Assembly (NCBI GenBank): GCA_021824045.1
Contig: JAKALR010000002.1
Span: forward strand, 1 to 57,923
Direction of reading: 5' to 3'
Source of the DNA: a bacterium
GTDB taxonomy: Bacteria > Patescibacteriota > Minisyncoccia > UBA6257 > GWB1-50-10
DNA: 57,923 nt
In this document: positions 18,464 through 29,319 of the stretch, one piece after another
Layout: every line of letters starts with the position of its first letter
Numbering within the stretch: position 1 is the stretch's first letter
Made by a program: the position numbers and the translations under genes
Notes under the pieces: model-generated
Told to the model about the DNA's origin: nothing
Databases searched by the model: none
Seen by the model: only the letters and a program-made list of their open reading frames with translations

Positions 18464-18527
18464 GGCGAAAAAGTGGGTAAGACCGGCCAAGCGGCCTTGG
18501 AGCGCGCACTTTTTCGGCTTGCCGAGT
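18454..18527. repeat. Dispersed ~74-bp hairpin repeat, copy 2
   Basis: GACTCGGTAAGGCGAAAAAGTG...CACTTTTTCGGCTTGCCGAGT; supplies the folD stop codon. Confidence 0.8.
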
Positions 18528-18534
18528 TTTCTTG

Positions 18535-19584
18535 TTATTCCCCCTCGGTTGATTCGGATCCGGGCGCGCTCACAATGGGTTTCTTTTCAGCTGCCACCGA
18601 AGCGGCTTTTTTGATTTCGTTGAGAAGTTTTTTGTCTTCCTTGAGTTTTTCGCGGACATTGTCGAATCCGTTTCCGAGCTTCTCGCCGTTCATGGAGTAG
18701 CTCGCCCCGTTCTTGGAAACGACGCCGTACTTCACGGCGGTGTTCAGAACATCGGCTTCGTAGGAAATCCCCTCGCCGAACAAGATGTCGAATTCCGCTA
18801 TCCTGAAGGGCGGCGCCACTTTATTTTTGACCACTTTCGCTTTCACGCGGTTCCCGATGCTTTCATCTCCCTTCTTGATTTGGGCGATGCGCCGGATGTC
18901 GATCCGGACCGATGAATAGAATTTCAAAGCCAAACCGCCGGGTGTCGTTTCGGGATTCCCGAACATGATGCCGATCTTCATTCTCGTTTGATTGATGAAT
19001 ATGACGATGGTCCCGGATCGCGCGGCGACGGCGGTAATTTTCCTGAGCGCCTGGGACATCAAGCGCGCCTGGAGGCCCATTTGCTGCTGACCCATCTCCC
19101 CCTCTATTTCGGCGCGGGGCGTGAGGGCCGCGACCGAGTCGATGACGACGACATCGATAATCCCCGATCGAACGAGGCTTTCCATGATATTCAAAGCCTC
19201 TTCACCGCTGTCCGGCTGTGAGATGATGAGGTCTTTTACCTTAGCACCGATCCGTGCCGCATATTCCGGGTCGAGGGCATGTTCGGCGTCGATGAATGCA
19301 ACTTTGCCCCCCTTCTTCTGCGCTTCCGCGACGACGTGGAGCGCGAGCGTCGTCTTCCCCGAGCTTTCAGGTCCGAAAATCTCAACGATTCGTCCCTTCG
19401 GCAAGCCGCCGACGCCGAGCGCGATATCAAGCGAGAAAGAGCCGGACGAAATGACGTCGACGTTCGTTTTCTTGACGTCGCCGAGTTTCATGACCGACCC
19501 TTCGCCGAACCTCGACTGGAGCGACTCGAGGAGGGAATCAACGTTCTCCGATTTTTCTTCTTTTGCTTTTTTTGCTTGCGCCAT
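18535..19584 (-). CDS. recA: Recombinase RecA
   Basis: [28 protein letters not shown] and KNKVAPPF. Confidence 0.99.
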   Translation of the reverse strand: MAQAKKAKEEKSENVDSLLESLQSRFGEGSVMKLGDVKKTNVDVISSGSFSLDIALGVGGLPKGRIVEIFGPESSGKTTLALHVVAEAQKKGGKVAFIDAEHALDPEYAARIGAKVKDLIISQPDSGEEALNIMESLVRSGIIDVVVIDSVAALTPRAEIEGEMGQQQMGLQARLMSQALRKITAVAARSGTIVIFINQTRMKIGIMFGNPETTPGGLALKFYSSVRIDIRRIAQIKKGDESIGNRVKAKVVKNKVAPPFRIAEFDILFGEGISYEADVLNTAVKYGVVSKNGASYSMNGEKLGNGFDNVREKLKEDKKLLNEIKKAASVAAEKKPIVSAPGSESTEGE

Positions 19585-19586
19585 AA

Positions 19587-20306
19587 TTATGGTTTTTGTT
19601 GCATAGTCGACGTTGTCGTGATGGTGGATGGTGTCGATGTCGGGAATGCCGCAGATGAGCTTCCTTCGAGTTGGAAGTAAACCTGCTTCGTCGTTGAAAA
19701 GGTCTTCCCGAGAATCTTTGACGCTTCGAAGTCGAAGGTGTTGAATCCCGGATTCAAAACGACTGCTTTTTCAAAGGCACCGTTCTTGTCGACGGTCATT
19801 GCTTCGCCGTTCATGGCTAAGCTGTCGCCGTTTCCGAGAACGCCCGTGATGGTGAAATTCTGATCTTTCGTCACCGTTATCCCGCCGGAGAGATCGCCGA
19901 ACGTGATGGTGGGAGTTCCGAGAATACTCGGCAGCCGCAGGGCGCCGTAGATCAGTACCACAACCACTCCCAGTATAACACCGGCGATTTTTTTATTCAC
20001 CCTGGGAATTTCGAACCGGTTGGGCGGTAAAACATCCCATTCTCCTGATTTCCTGATCTCGTCTTTTTCGCTCAAATACTCTTTCCAGACCCGCTCTCCG
20101 TCGAGATCCAGTGCTCCGCTGATCTTCATGAGGTAGCCGTGGATATACGGGGCCGCCGGCAGCTTGTCGAATTTTTCGTTAATCAAGAGGCCGATCACGT
20201 TCTCGGGGACGCCGGTCGTCTGCGACAGCTTTTCCACCGAGATGGATTTCATTTTGAGCGCCTCGATGAGAATATTCGCGAAATTTTTTCGGCCTTCGTC
20301 ACTCAT
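19587..20306 (-). CDS. RodZ-like HTH membrane protein
   Basis: N-terminal HTH (...[11 protein letters not shown]), one TM helix and an Ig-like C-terminus; lies between ftsK and recA. Confidence 0.8.
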   Translation of the reverse strand: MSDEGRKNFANILIEALKMKSISVEKLSQTTGVPENVIGLLINEKFDKLPAAPYIHGYLMKISGALDLDGERVWKEYLSEKDEIRKSGEWDVLPPNRFEIPRVNKKIAGVILGVVVVLIYGALRLPSILGTPTITFGDLSGGITVTKDQNFTITGVLGNGDSLAMNGEAMTVDKNGAFEKAVVLNPGFNTFDFEASKILGKTFSTTKQVYFQLEGSSSAAFPTSTPSTITTTSTMQQKP

Positions 20307-22398
20307 GGTCGTCGTTGGTATAGAATACTTCCCGCGGCTTTGCGCCGTCGCCCGGCCCGATGATCCCCCGCTCCTCCATCATGTCGAGGAGCCGTGCAGC
20401 GCGGGCATAGCCGACCTTGAGGCGCCGTTGGAGGAGTGACGCGGAGGCCTTTCGGGCGGCCTTGACCGTTTCAACCGCTTCATCGAGAAGTTCGTCGTTG
20501 TCGTCATCGTTTCCCAACGCGTCGAAATCGAGGTTTGGTTGGCCGTCTTCTTCCCCCTCCTTCCCGCCGCCGCCGAATTCCAGTTCTTCGCCCGCGGTCT
20601 CGTTATTCTTACTGATAAAGTTTGAAACTTTTTTAATTTCCTCCTCCGAAATGAAAGCCCCCTGTACCCGGAGCGGTTTCGAAAGTTCGGCAGAGATGAA
20701 AAGTGCGTCTCCGTGGCCCAGGAGTTTTTCGGCGCCCGGCGTGTCGAGAATTGTGCGCGAATCGATTTGGCTCGCGACCTGGAGCGCGATTCTCGATGTG
20801 ATGTTTGCCTTGATGAGCCCGGTAATGACCTCGACGGACGGCCGCTGGGTCGAGACGATGAGGTGAATGCCCGTGGCCCGCGCCATTTGCGCGAGACGGA
20901 TGATTGATCCCTCGACCTCCCTGCCGTAGGATGTCATGAGGTCGGCTAATTCATCGATCACGATTACGATGTACGGCATCGATCTCCCGCCGCTGTTGTA
21001 GCTCTTGATGTCGCGGGAACCGGCCTCGAGGAGCAATTGGTAGCGTCGGTCCATTTCCTGGATCGCCCATCGGAGGACGCCGATGGATTTTTTGTTTTCG
21101 GTGATGACCGGCGAGAGGAGATGCGGGATACCGTCATAAACGGAAAGCTCGACGCGCTTCGGATCGATCATGAGGAGTCGGAGCGTCTCGGGAGAATTTT
21201 TAAAAAGCAAAGACAAGATGAGCGAATGAATCATGATGGATTTCCCGCTGCCGGTCGCGCCGGCGATCAAAAGGTGGGGCATCTTGGCGACGTCCTTGAA
21301 TATCGGTTCGCCGGAAACGTTCCGGCCGAGGGCGAATCCCAAGGGGCCGCTCTTCCCGAAGTCTTCGTAGAGGAGAAGGCTCCCGAGCCGCACGACGGCA
21401 GCCGATTTGTTGGGGACTTCGATGCCGACGAGCGATTTCCCCGGGATGGGGGCCTCGATGCGAATCGGATGCGCCGCCAAGGAAAGCGCCAGGTCCTGGT
21501 TCAGCGACGTGAGGCGCGAGAGCTTGATGCCCTCCGCCGGCTTCAGGGTGTAGCGCGTGACCGTCGGTCCCACGTTGATCTCCCCCATCTCGACGGGAAT
21601 GCCGAAACTTTCGAGCGTCCGCTTGATCACGTTCGCGTTCGCGCGGAGATCGCCGATCGTCGGTTTGTCCACCTGCGACGCGAGGAGGTTCAGGGGCGGC
21701 GCCACGTAATTTTTGAATTGTTTTGCGGAAGAAGTTTTGAGTTCCGGGATGCTGTCTTCGTGCGTTTTGATTTCCAATTCCTTCTCTTTCCGGTTCTTCG
21801 GTTTTTCTTCCTCGATTTTTTGCGGTTCCGGCGCCGAAGGAGCGGTCACGATTGTTTCTTCCATTTCCCCTTCCTCTGCTTCGGCCTTCTCCCGCTTCGG
21901 CAAACGGAGCGGTTTGTTCATAATCATGAGGAACGAGATCACCATGATGGTTATGGTTATGACGATACCGCCCGGCACGCTGAACGGCGTCTTGATTGCT
22001 CCCGCGATGCCGCCAACAATGCCGCCGTTCCCCGGGCTCACGATATCGATGAACCCCAGCGCCGAAAGGATGAACAGCGCGCCGCCGATGAGGGAAAATC
22101 CAATCACTTCTTTTTTATCCCTGGAGAGGAGCGTCGCCGCGATGAGAAGTGAAATAGCCGGCAAGAGGTAGTAACCGATACCGAAGAGCGTCGTGAAAAA
22201 TCCGAAGATACCGTTCCCCCACGGCCCCGCGAGTTTCAGCGCCGAGAGCAAAAAGATGACCGTGAGCGCGATGAAGACAATGGACCAGATGCTCTGCTTG
22301 GTTTCTGGATGGAGCGGAGATTGTCTCCCGTACTCCCCCCGTTCTTTTTTATCCCTCTTTTCAATCCGCCTTTTCTCCGTATTGGATTTTTTTGCCAT
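20299..22398 (-). CDS. ftsK: DNA translocase FtsK/SpoIIIE
   Basis: N-terminal TM helices, PHLLIAGATGSGKS, IDELADLM, QRPSV and gamma domain SLLQRRLKVGYARAAR. Confidence 0.97.
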   Translation of the reverse strand: MAKKSNTEKRRIEKRDKKERGEYGRQSPLHPETKQSIWSIVFIALTVIFLLSALKLAGPWGNGIFGFFTTLFGIGYYLLPAISLLIAATLLSRDKKEVIGFSLIGGALFILSALGFIDIVSPGNGGIVGGIAGAIKTPFSVPGGIVITITIMVISFLMIMNKPLRLPKREKAEAEEGEMEETIVTAPSAPEPQKIEEEKPKNRKEKELEIKTHEDSIPELKTSSAKQFKNYVAPPLNLLASQVDKPTIGDLRANANVIKRTLESFGIPVEMGEINVGPTVTRYTLKPAEGIKLSRLTSLNQDLALSLAAHPIRIEAPIPGKSLVGIEVPNKSAAVVRLGSLLLYEDFGKSGPLGFALGRNVSGEPIFKDVAKMPHLLIAGATGSGKSIMIHSLILSLLFKNSPETLRLLMIDPKRVELSVYDGIPHLLSPVITENKKSIGVLRWAIQEMDRRYQLLLEAGSRDIKSYNSGGRSMPYIVIVIDELADLMTSYGREVEGSIIRLAQMARATGIHLIVSTQRPSVEVITGLIKANITSRIALQVASQIDSRTILDTPGAEKLLGHGDALFISAELSKPLRVQGAFISEEEIKKVSNFISKNNETAGEELEFGGGGKEGEEDGQPNLDFDALGNDDDNDELLDEAVETVKAARKASASLLQRRLKVGYARAARLLDMMEERGIIGPGDGAKPREVFYTNDDHE

Positions 22399-22552
22399 TA
22401 CGCGTCTATTTTACCCCATTTGTCGCTTCTCTTCAATGAAAATAATCGCTCATCCCGCAGATGAATGTGGACATTGACAATAAATAATAATTATGATACT
22501 ATATGAAATCTAAGAATAGCACACAAACAAAAAAAAGAATGGAGGCATCAAA

Positions 22553-22870
22553 ATGGAACTCGTCGGATTTTTCTTCTGCGTCGCAGCACTTCTCCTCACC
22601 GGTTCGTCTTATTACGACGTCAACCTTGAGGAGGGCCAGGTGGAGGCGGTGAAAAAAATACAACGGCGATTCGTCGTAATGCGGATCGCGTTCATTTTTT
22701 TCACGACCGGATTCCTCATTGTCATGGGAACCTGGAGTTTCAAAAGTGCTCCATTCCCCTTCCACGCCTTCACGACGATGGTCGTGGTGGGGCTGGCCAT
22801 TGCTTATGGTCAATACTCGGCGAGGATGGAATTCCTCGCGTGGCGGAGAGGAGAGAACGGGATGGGATAG
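22553..22870 (+). CDS. Small hypothetical membrane protein
   Basis: 105 aa with three hydrophobic segments; GGAGG SD; TTGACA-N17-GATACT promoter-like motif at 22474-22500. Confidence 0.65.
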   Translation: MELVGFFFCVAALLLTGSSYYDVNLEEGQVEAVKKIQRRFVVMRIAFIFFTTGFLIVMGTWSFKSAPFPFHAFTTMVVVGLAIAYGQYSARMEFLAWRRGENGMG

Positions 22871-23065
22871 TCCCAAGGTTTTTAGGGCACGAATCATAAT
22901 CATGATCCGTGCCCTCTTTCTTATCCCCAGACGTTAGGCCCCCCGCTCTCCTTTAAAGCCCCCGGGGGGCCAAAATTTTGGGGATAACTTTTGATGGAAA
23001 ACTGGGAAAGGGGGGGAAAGCTCAAAAAACTCGGAAAACCCGATAAACCCGGTAAATTGAAAAAC

Positions 23066-23100
23066 CAGCCTGTAAAACACTCAAAATGTTTTACAGGCTG
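23066..23100. terminator. Hairpin between convergent genes
   Basis: CAGCCTGTAAAACA-CTCAAAA-TGTTTTACAGGCTG. Confidence 0.55.
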
Positions 23101-23173
23101 ATAATGCGATGAAACCTACACTTTTCATTTTTCGATGAAAATTTTGTAATTCGTGAAACATTTTGAAACAAAT

Positions 23174-23617
23174 TTAAGGTACAAAATTTCTGTTAAAAAA
23201 ACCACTTTTGTATAACCTATGAAGAAATTTAGTCTTTTCGCTCGTATCTTCGTCTCCCATTTTTTCGAGCCATTCCTTGAACTGCTTGCCCTTGTTCCCA
23301 TGCAATTTGTTATAAAAGAATGGAATTATTATGTTCTTGATTTGCGGGAATTCTCTAACTATAAGCATTGCCTGGCTGCCATGGTTTGGTTTCCTGGTTG
23401 ATGGGGAATAATAGTTATAGACTCTATTTGTTAATCCAAGCTTGTTTCTGACGGATTTTATCAGATCTTCGTCGCGTTCATGCATCTTTAGTGCAAACGC
23501 AGGGACTTTAACTTTTTTAATAGTTCCATCTTTTAATCTTGTGCTGGTTGTGGAGAAAGTAAAAGTACCTTCGCCTTCGACGAGACCTCTGATATATTCA
23601 TCGCTCAAAACCCCCAT
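23174..23617 (-). CDS. Free-standing single-motif LAGLIDADG endonuclease-like protein
   Basis: YIRGLVEGEGTF motif, FALKMHERD and IIPFF...LHGNKGKQF; AT-rich compared with its neighbours. Confidence 0.85.
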   Translation of the reverse strand: MGVLSDEYIRGLVEGEGTFTFSTTSTRLKDGTIKKVKVPAFALKMHERDEDLIKSVRNKLGLTNRVYNYYSPSTRKPNHGSQAMLIVREFPQIKNIIIPFFYNKLHGNKGKQFKEWLEKMGDEDTSEKTKFLHRLYKSGFFNRNFVP

Positions 23618-23621
23618 TTAC

Positions 23622-23759
23622 CCCGCACCGAGCCGAGCACTACAACGCCCTTTTGTATTTTTACTATTTTCATCGCAGTTGAAATAATTCTGTAAATTAG
23701 TTGCGGATTATTCTGCCAATTTAGGGCGCTGGAAGCGAAGTGCTTGATCTGGTGACGGG
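23622..23759 (-). mobile_element. Related inverted-repeat mini-element (138 bp) at the LAGLIDADG start
   Basis: Minus strand CCCGTCACCAGATCAAGCACT...AGTGCTCGGCTCGGTGCGGG; flanks ATAAAC / GTAAAT, the latter overlapping the ATG. Confidence 0.65.
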
Positions 23760-23787
23760 GTTTATTTAATTATAACTCTTTGGGATA

Positions 23788-24159
23788 ATGGGTTTAATGA
23801 CATATCGCCAAGACGTTGGCAGGAAGGGGGAAGATTTTGCGGTGGAGTATTTGAAAAAGAAGGGATATCGGATTATCGGAAGAAACGAGGAGAAGAAGTG
23901 GGGAGAACTCGATATCATAGCCATAGCTCCGGACAAGACGCTGGTTTTCGTCGAGGTGAAGACGGTAGGGGGATGGGACGTTGAGGCGGAGGAGCAGATG
24001 ACCGAATCGAAGATAAAAAAGTTTACGAGGGCAGCCGAGATATACGCGGGCGTGCACGAAGAACTGATTGATGATAAAAAGGGATGGCGCCTCGATGTCC
24101 TGGCGCTCACCGAGAAGGATGACGGGAAATTCAACACGAATCATTATGAAAATATCTGA
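23788..24159 (+). CDS. yraN: YraN family (UPF0102) endonuclease-like protein
   Basis: GRKGEDFA, GYRIIGRN, GELDII and LVFVEVKT. Alternative start at 23797. Confidence 0.92.
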   Translation: MGLMTYRQDVGRKGEDFAVEYLKKKGYRIIGRNEEKKWGELDIIAIAPDKTLVFVEVKTVGGWDVEAEEQMTESKIKKFTRAAEIYAGVHEELIDDKKGWRLDVLALTEKDDGKFNTNHYENI

Positions 24160-24784
24160 AAACGAAATTTTCGCGGTGTGGAAACCGAAAGGACCGACTT
24201 CAGCGCATTTTCTGAATTCTTTGAAGAAAAAATTGGGCGCGCAAAAAATGGGCCACGCCGGAACTCTCGATCCCTTGGCGTCCGGCATCCTCGTTGTCGG
24301 CATCGGGAAGGGGACGAAGAAATTGAAGGAAGCGGCGGGAGCCGAGAAGGAATATGTCGCGAAGATAAAATTCGGCGAACGGAGCGCGACGGACGACGGG
24401 GAGGGGGAGAAGGAAATCTGCGCAGTGGAAGAAATCCCGAAACTCGACGATGTCGAACGAGCGATCGGAAAATTCATCGGCAACATTGACCAAGTGCCGT
24501 CGGATTACAGCGCGGCGAAAGTGGGCGGTGTCCACGCGTATCGGCTGGCGAGGAAAGGAAAAGAAACTCATTTGCAATCGCGCGCGGTGAAAATTTTTTC
24601 AATTGAGATCATGAAATACGACTGGCCGTTTTTGGATGCGCGGGTTGTGACCGGCCCCGGGGTGTACGTGAGAGCTCTGGCGCGCGATTTGGGCGAAGCG
24701 CTCAGCGTCGGCGGCTACATCGCTGAACTCACGAGGACGAGAGTGGGGGATTTCACGAAAGAAGATACGGCGGATATACCATAG
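24146..24784 (+). CDS. truB: tRNA pseudouridine(55) synthase
   Basis: KPKGPTS, KMGHAGTLDPLASG, YSAAKVGG and GVYVRALARDLG. Confidence 0.95.
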   Translation: MKISENEIFAVWKPKGPTSAHFLNSLKKKLGAQKMGHAGTLDPLASGILVVGIGKGTKKLKEAAGAEKEYVAKIKFGERSATDDGEGEKEICAVEEIPKLDDVERAIGKFIGNIDQVPSDYSAAKVGGVHAYRLARKGKETHLQSRAVKIFSIEIMKYDWPFLDARVVTGPGVYVRALARDLGEALSVGGYIAELTRTRVGDFTKEDTADIP

Positions 24785-25135
24785 AGACAGAGTGGATAGA
24801 GATAAATGCAAAGAGAAAAAATAAACAGAGATAGGCAGATACCCATAGAAATTATACAGGCGCTTCGATTAATCGAAGCGCCTCACTTTTTCCCGTACGG
24901 GCAAAAGTGAGGCGCGTGCTAAAAATGTGTCCGGCCCCACGATTCCGCGATTATCCCCCTTATTCGCTATAGCGGATAAGGGGGACAGATGAAAAATCAA
25001 GATCAAAAAACCCAGTACTTGGATTCGTTCTTTGTATTGACAAATACTTGAAATTGATGTACAATGCAAAACATAAAGAGTTTGTTCTTTAAGAAAGTTT
25101 TTTCAAAAACAAAAAAATAAAGAAGGAGGTCTGCC

Positions 25136-25528
25136 ATGGCAAAGGGCCATGCGACTGCAGTGATGATTATTGCCCCCGAAGGGATTCCGATGGTGCGGGA
25201 TCCCAAGAAACAGCCGCCGCTGTTCTGGAAAGTCCCCGGTGGCAGGGGGGATGCAACCGAAACGGCAAGGCAGTGCGCTTGCCGGGAGATTAGAGAGGAG
25301 CTTGGTATTACTCTTCAGGAAAGCGATCTTAGTATCGCTTATGAAGAGGATAAGGGGAGTCACCTGCTCACCCTCTTCGTAGTAAGACTGCCCGTCCTCC
25401 CGAAATTAAAGGAGGTCGGGAATGAAGGAGAAGAAATAAAAATTTTCTCTCCGCGCCAACTCCTCGGTATGATTGATTTTTTCCCGAATCACCGGAGGGT
25501 TTTTGAGAAGTATCTCAGAAATCTTTAG
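25136..25528 (+). CDS. NUDIX hydrolase
   Basis: WKVPGGRGDATETARQCACREIREELG Nudix box; AGGAGG SD. Confidence 0.9.
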   Translation: MAKGHATAVMIIAPEGIPMVRDPKKQPPLFWKVPGGRGDATETARQCACREIREELGITLQESDLSIAYEEDKGSHLLTLFVVRLPVLPKLKEVGNEGEEIKIFSPRQLLGMIDFFPNHRRVFEKYLRNL

Positions 25529-25792
25529 TCGGATGGCCTGAGCATGCCCTTGAAAACTGCTCTTTTTTGTTACTTGCCAGGTAGTGAAAACTCGATTAGC
25601 TACCGCATGAAGTGAAATCGAGCTTCTACTACCTGGCTTGTCTTTTTTGCGGGGTTGTGGTAGAGTATATACATCAAGGCCGCTCATTCGAGTGGCTGTC
25701 GTTTTTAAAGGTCCTTCCAGTTTGAAAATTTGGTCATTGAAAATTGATTAAAAATTAAAAATTGGAGATTAAAAATTTTTAACGCTATGGAT

Positions 25793-25914
25793 CCCGTTAG
25801 AAATCGCGGACGCGGATCAAATAAGAAATATGAATAAAAAATCAAATAAAAAGGTCAAAATCAAAAACAATGGATGTGATGCGCTTTGCGCGTCCGCGTC
25901 CTATTTCTAACGGG
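25793..25914 (+). mobile_element. Start-codon mini-element, copy 6 (122 bp), at the nusA start
   Basis: ATGGAT-CCCGTTAGAAAT...ATTTCTAACGGG-ATGGAT, a perfect 6-bp duplication. uORFs 25787-25837 and 25830-25910. Confidence 0.85.
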
Positions 25915-27219
25915 ATGGATTTAAAAGAATTAGCAAGCGCGGTCGAGCAGATATCGGCCGAAAAAGGAATCGCCCCCGAGAAAGTTCTCGGAGCGATTGA
26001 ATCGGCTATCGCCGCCGCGTACAAAAAGGAGTATCGGAAGAAGTCGGAAGTCATTCGGGCCAAGTTCAATCTGAAAACCGGAGAACTGGAATTCTTCCAG
26101 GTGAAAGCCGTCGTTGATCCGTCGGAGGTTACAATCGTCGAAGAGGAGGAGGGACCGGTCGAAAAGCCCGCCGACGCTAAGGCTGTGGCGGATAAGCCCG
26201 AAAAGGCAGAGGGGGAAGAAACACTCCCGCGCTTCAACGCGGATCGGCAGATCCTCGCGGAGGACGCGAAGAAAATAAAAGCGGACGCTAAATCCGGCGA
26301 CGAGCTGGAGTTCCCACTCGAGGGGAAGAGCGACTTCGGTCGCATCGCGGCCCAAACCGCCAAGCAGGTGGTTCTGCAGTCCATTCGCGAAGCGGAGCGT
26401 TCTTCCATTAAGGATGAGTTCTCGAGCAAGGAAGGAGAAATCATGAGCGGGCAAATCCAGCGGTTTGAGCGCGGGAACGTGTACGTGAACCTCGGACGCG
26501 CCTTGGGAATTATGTATCCCAATGAAAGCATCCCGGGAGAACATTACCGGGTCGGCGATCGAATGCGGTTCTATGTCCTGGCCGTTCAGGATGACGCCCG
26601 GCGTCCGGGCATCGTTTTATCGCGTTCGCACCCGAACTTCGTCAGGAAACTTTTCGAACTTGAAGTTCCGGAAATAGCGGACGGAACCGTCGTTATTAAG
26701 GAGATTTCACGGGAAGCGGGTTCGCGCACCAAAGTCGCCGTCGCCTCCAATGAAGAGGGCATCGATCCGGTGGGAGCCGCCGTCGGCCAGCGGGGGACGC
26801 GGGTGATGGCGGTCACGAACGAACTTGGCAATGAGAAAGTTGATGTCATCGAATGGTCCGATGATCCGGCGAAATTCATCCCGAGTGCTCTCTCGCCGGC
26901 GAAGGTGAAATCAATCGAGGTGTTGCCGAGGAGGGAAGCGAGGGTTCTGGTCCCCGAGGATCAGTTGAGCTTGGCTATCGGCAAGGGCGGGCAAAACGTC
27001 CGGCTCGCCGCGAAATTGACCGGCTGGAAAATTGATGTCCGCTCTCAATCAAATCCGGAAGAAGTCCAGGAGGGCGGTATCGCGGCCAGTGAGGTAAAGC
27101 ACGGGGGAGGAGAAGAAGCGGCGAGTGAAGCGATCGAACCCGCCGCCCACGATGACGAAGACGAAGACAATCCGAAACTGGACGTTGAAGTTTTAAATAA
27201 GGCAGTCGAAGAAAAATAA
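25915..27219 (+). CDS. nusA: Transcription termination factor NusA
   Basis: [24 protein letters not shown] and [23 protein letters not shown]. Start MDLKE follows the element. Confidence 0.97.
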   Translation: MDLKELASAVEQISAEKGIAPEKVLGAIESAIAAAYKKEYRKKSEVIRAKFNLKTGELEFFQVKAVVDPSEVTIVEEEEGPVEKPADAKAVADKPEKAEGEETLPRFNADRQILAEDAKKIKADAKSGDELEFPLEGKSDFGRIAAQTAKQVVLQSIREAERSSIKDEFSSKEGEIMSGQIQRFERGNVYVNLGRALGIMYPNESIPGEHYRVGDRMRFYVLAVQDDARRPGIVLSRSHPNFVRKLFELEVPEIADGTVVIKEISREAGSRTKVAVASNEEGIDPVGAAVGQRGTRVMAVTNELGNEKVDVIEWSDDPAKFIPSALSPAKVKSIEVLPRREARVLVPEDQLSLAIGKGGQNVRLAAKLTGWKIDVRSQSNPEEVQEGGIAASEVKHGGGEEAASEAIEPAAHDDEDEDNPKLDVEVLNKAVEEK

Positions 27220-27229
27220 TACAACCACC

Positions 27230-29197
27230 ATGAATTACTTGATTTTCGGTCCCATTGTTCTCGCGGTGCTCTACACCGCCTATCTGTCGTTCTGGCTGAA
27301 GAAGCAGGATTCGGGGAATGAAAAAATGAAAGAGATATCGAAGGCAATCCAGGAGGGATCTTCGGCGTATCTCGGCAGGCAGTATAAGACGGTCGGCGTG
27401 GTCGCGCTCGTCCTCTTTGCGGTCATTTATTTCGCGCTCGGATGGCTCACGGCCCTCGGATTCTTTGTCGGCGCGGCCGCTTCGGCCCTCGCCGGATTCC
27501 TCGGTATGGGCGTCGCGGTTCGTTCGAATTCGAAGACGACAAGCGCGGCGAGTCGGGGACTCAAACCGGCTCTCTCGCTGGCTTTCAAAGCCGGTTCGGT
27601 AACCGGTTTTCTGGTTGTCGCGCTGGGCCTTCTCTCGGTCTCGGGATTTTTTCTTTTGACGCACGACGTGAGGGCTTTGATCGGCCTGGGATTCGGCGCG
27701 AGCTTGATTTCGGTCTTCGCCCGCCTCGGCGGTGGCATCTTCACGAAGGCGGCTGACGTCGGTACGGATTTGGTCGGGAAAGTCGAAGCCGGCATTCCGG
27801 AGGACGACCCGCGGAATCCGGGTGTTATCGCGGACAACGTCGGCGACAACGTCGGCGATTGCGCCGGCATGGCAGCCGATCTTTTCGAAACGTATGCGGT
27901 GACCCTGACCGCCGCTATCTTGATTGGGAGCGCCCTGGCTCTTTCGGGAGCTCAGCTGATCTTTCCGCTTGTCTTGGGCGGTCTCGCCATCATCGCGTCC
28001 ATCGTCGGAAGTTTCTTCGTGAAATTGGGGAAGAGCGGATCGATCATGGGGGCGCTCTACAAGGGACTCATCGCGGCCTTGATCGTTGCGGCGATCCTCT
28101 TCTATTTCGCGGCTGAAGTTTTCATGGCGGGGAACTCATTGAATATATTCTTCTCGAGCGTAATCGGGTTGGCCGTGACGGCCCTGATGGTCGTCATCAC
28201 CGACTACTACACGTCAAAGAAATACCGGCCGGTCAAAAGCATCGCTGACGCTTCGAATTCCGGTCACGGGACGAACATCATTATCGGCCTTTCGGTCGGC
28301 ATGGAAGCGACCTTCCTCCCGATCCTCGTCATCGTCGGCGGCATCGTTGGATCGTATCTCCTCGCTGGCATTTACGGCGTCGCGATTGCGGCGGTTTCCA
28401 TGCTCTCCGTCGCGGGGATTATCATTTCCATCGATTCCTTCGGACCGATTACCGACAACGCCGGCGGGATTGCCGAGATGTCCGGAGCTTCGGAAGACGT
28501 GCGGAAAATAACCGACGCCTTGGATGCCGTTGGGAATACCACGAAAGCGGTGACCAAGGGATATGCCATCGTATCGGCGGGCCTTGCGGCTCTGGTGCTC
28601 TTCAGCGCGTATACGGACGCGATTGCGAAAATTTCGTCTCATGTCGCTTTCGACATTCAGAATCCCTATGTCTTGATCGGGCTCATTTTGGGGGCGGCCG
28701 TCCCGTACCTCTTCGGGTCCATGGCGATGCGGTCGGTCGGGAAGGCGGCCGGGTCCATCGTTGAAGAAATTCGGAGGCAATTCCGGGAAATCCACGGGCT
28801 CTTGGAAGGATCGGCGAAGCCGGATTACAAAAAAGCTGTCGATATCGTGACGAAATCGGCGCTTCGGGAAATGATCGTTCCGGCGCTTTTGCCGATCGTG
28901 ATGGTCCTCCTCGTCGGATTCATTTTCGGAAAAGAAGCGCTCGGCGGATTCCTGATCGGCACAATCGTCTCGGGGCTCTTCGTCGCGATTTCCATGACCT
29001 CCGGCGGAGCGGCGTGGGACAACGCCAAGAAATACATTGAGTCCGGCAACCACGGCGGTAAGGGATCGGAAGCTCACAAGGCAGCCATAACCGGCGATAC
29101 CGTCGGCGACCCGTACAAGGATACCGCGGGTCCGGCGATCAATCCGCTCATCAAGGTTATCAATATCGTTGCCCTCCTCATCGTCCCGTTTTTATAG
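27230..29197 (+). CDS. hppA: Membrane ion-translocating pyrophosphatase, probably K+-independent H+-PPase
   Basis: [35 protein letters not shown] and [16 protein letters not shown] has Lys at the K+-dependence position. Confidence 0.95.
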   Translation: MNYLIFGPIVLAVLYTAYLSFWLKKQDSGNEKMKEISKAIQEGSSAYLGRQYKTVGVVALVLFAVIYFALGWLTALGFFVGAAASALAGFLGMGVAVRSNSKTTSAASRGLKPALSLAFKAGSVTGFLVVALGLLSVSGFFLLTHDVRALIGLGFGASLISVFARLGGGIFTKAADVGTDLVGKVEAGIPEDDPRNPGVIADNVGDNVGDCAGMAADLFETYAVTLTAAILIGSALALSGAQLIFPLVLGGLAIIASIVGSFFVKLGKSGSIMGALYKGLIAALIVAAILFYFAAEVFMAGNSLNIFFSSVIGLAVTALMVVITDYYTSKKYRPVKSIADASNSGHGTNIIIGLSVGMEATFLPILVIVGGIVGSYLLAGIYGVAIAAVSMLSVAGIIISIDSFGPITDNAGGIAEMSGASEDVRKITDALDAVGNTTKAVTKGYAIVSAGLAALVLFSAYTDAIAKISSHVAFDIQNPYVLIGLILGAAVPYLFGSMAMRSVGKAAGSIVEEIRRQFREIHGLLEGSAKPDYKKAVDIVTKSALREMIVPALLPIVMVLLVGFIFGKEALGGFLIGTIVSGLFVAISMTSGGAAWDNAKKYIESGNHGGKGSEAHKAAITGDTVGDPYKDTAGPAINPLIKVINIVALLIVPFL

Positions 29198-29240
29198 ATT
29201 CCGGGAGAAGATTATTGTCTTCTCGTTGTGATGATAAAGC

Positions 29241-29274
29241 AGACAGGTGGTATACTATAGTATACCACCTGTCT
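29241..29274. terminator. Perfect 34-bp palindrome downstream of hppA
   Basis: AGACAGGTGGTATACTATAGTATACCACCTGTCT followed by TTT. Confidence 0.55.
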
Positions 29275-29319
29275 TTTATGCGTCGGATTCTTTAGTATAG
29301 AAGGTAATACGCTATAGAT

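Noticed and set aside
23100..23765. Group I intron or intein hosting the LAGLIDADG ORF
   Set aside because: No interrupted host gene, intron core elements or intein splice motifs are recognisable.
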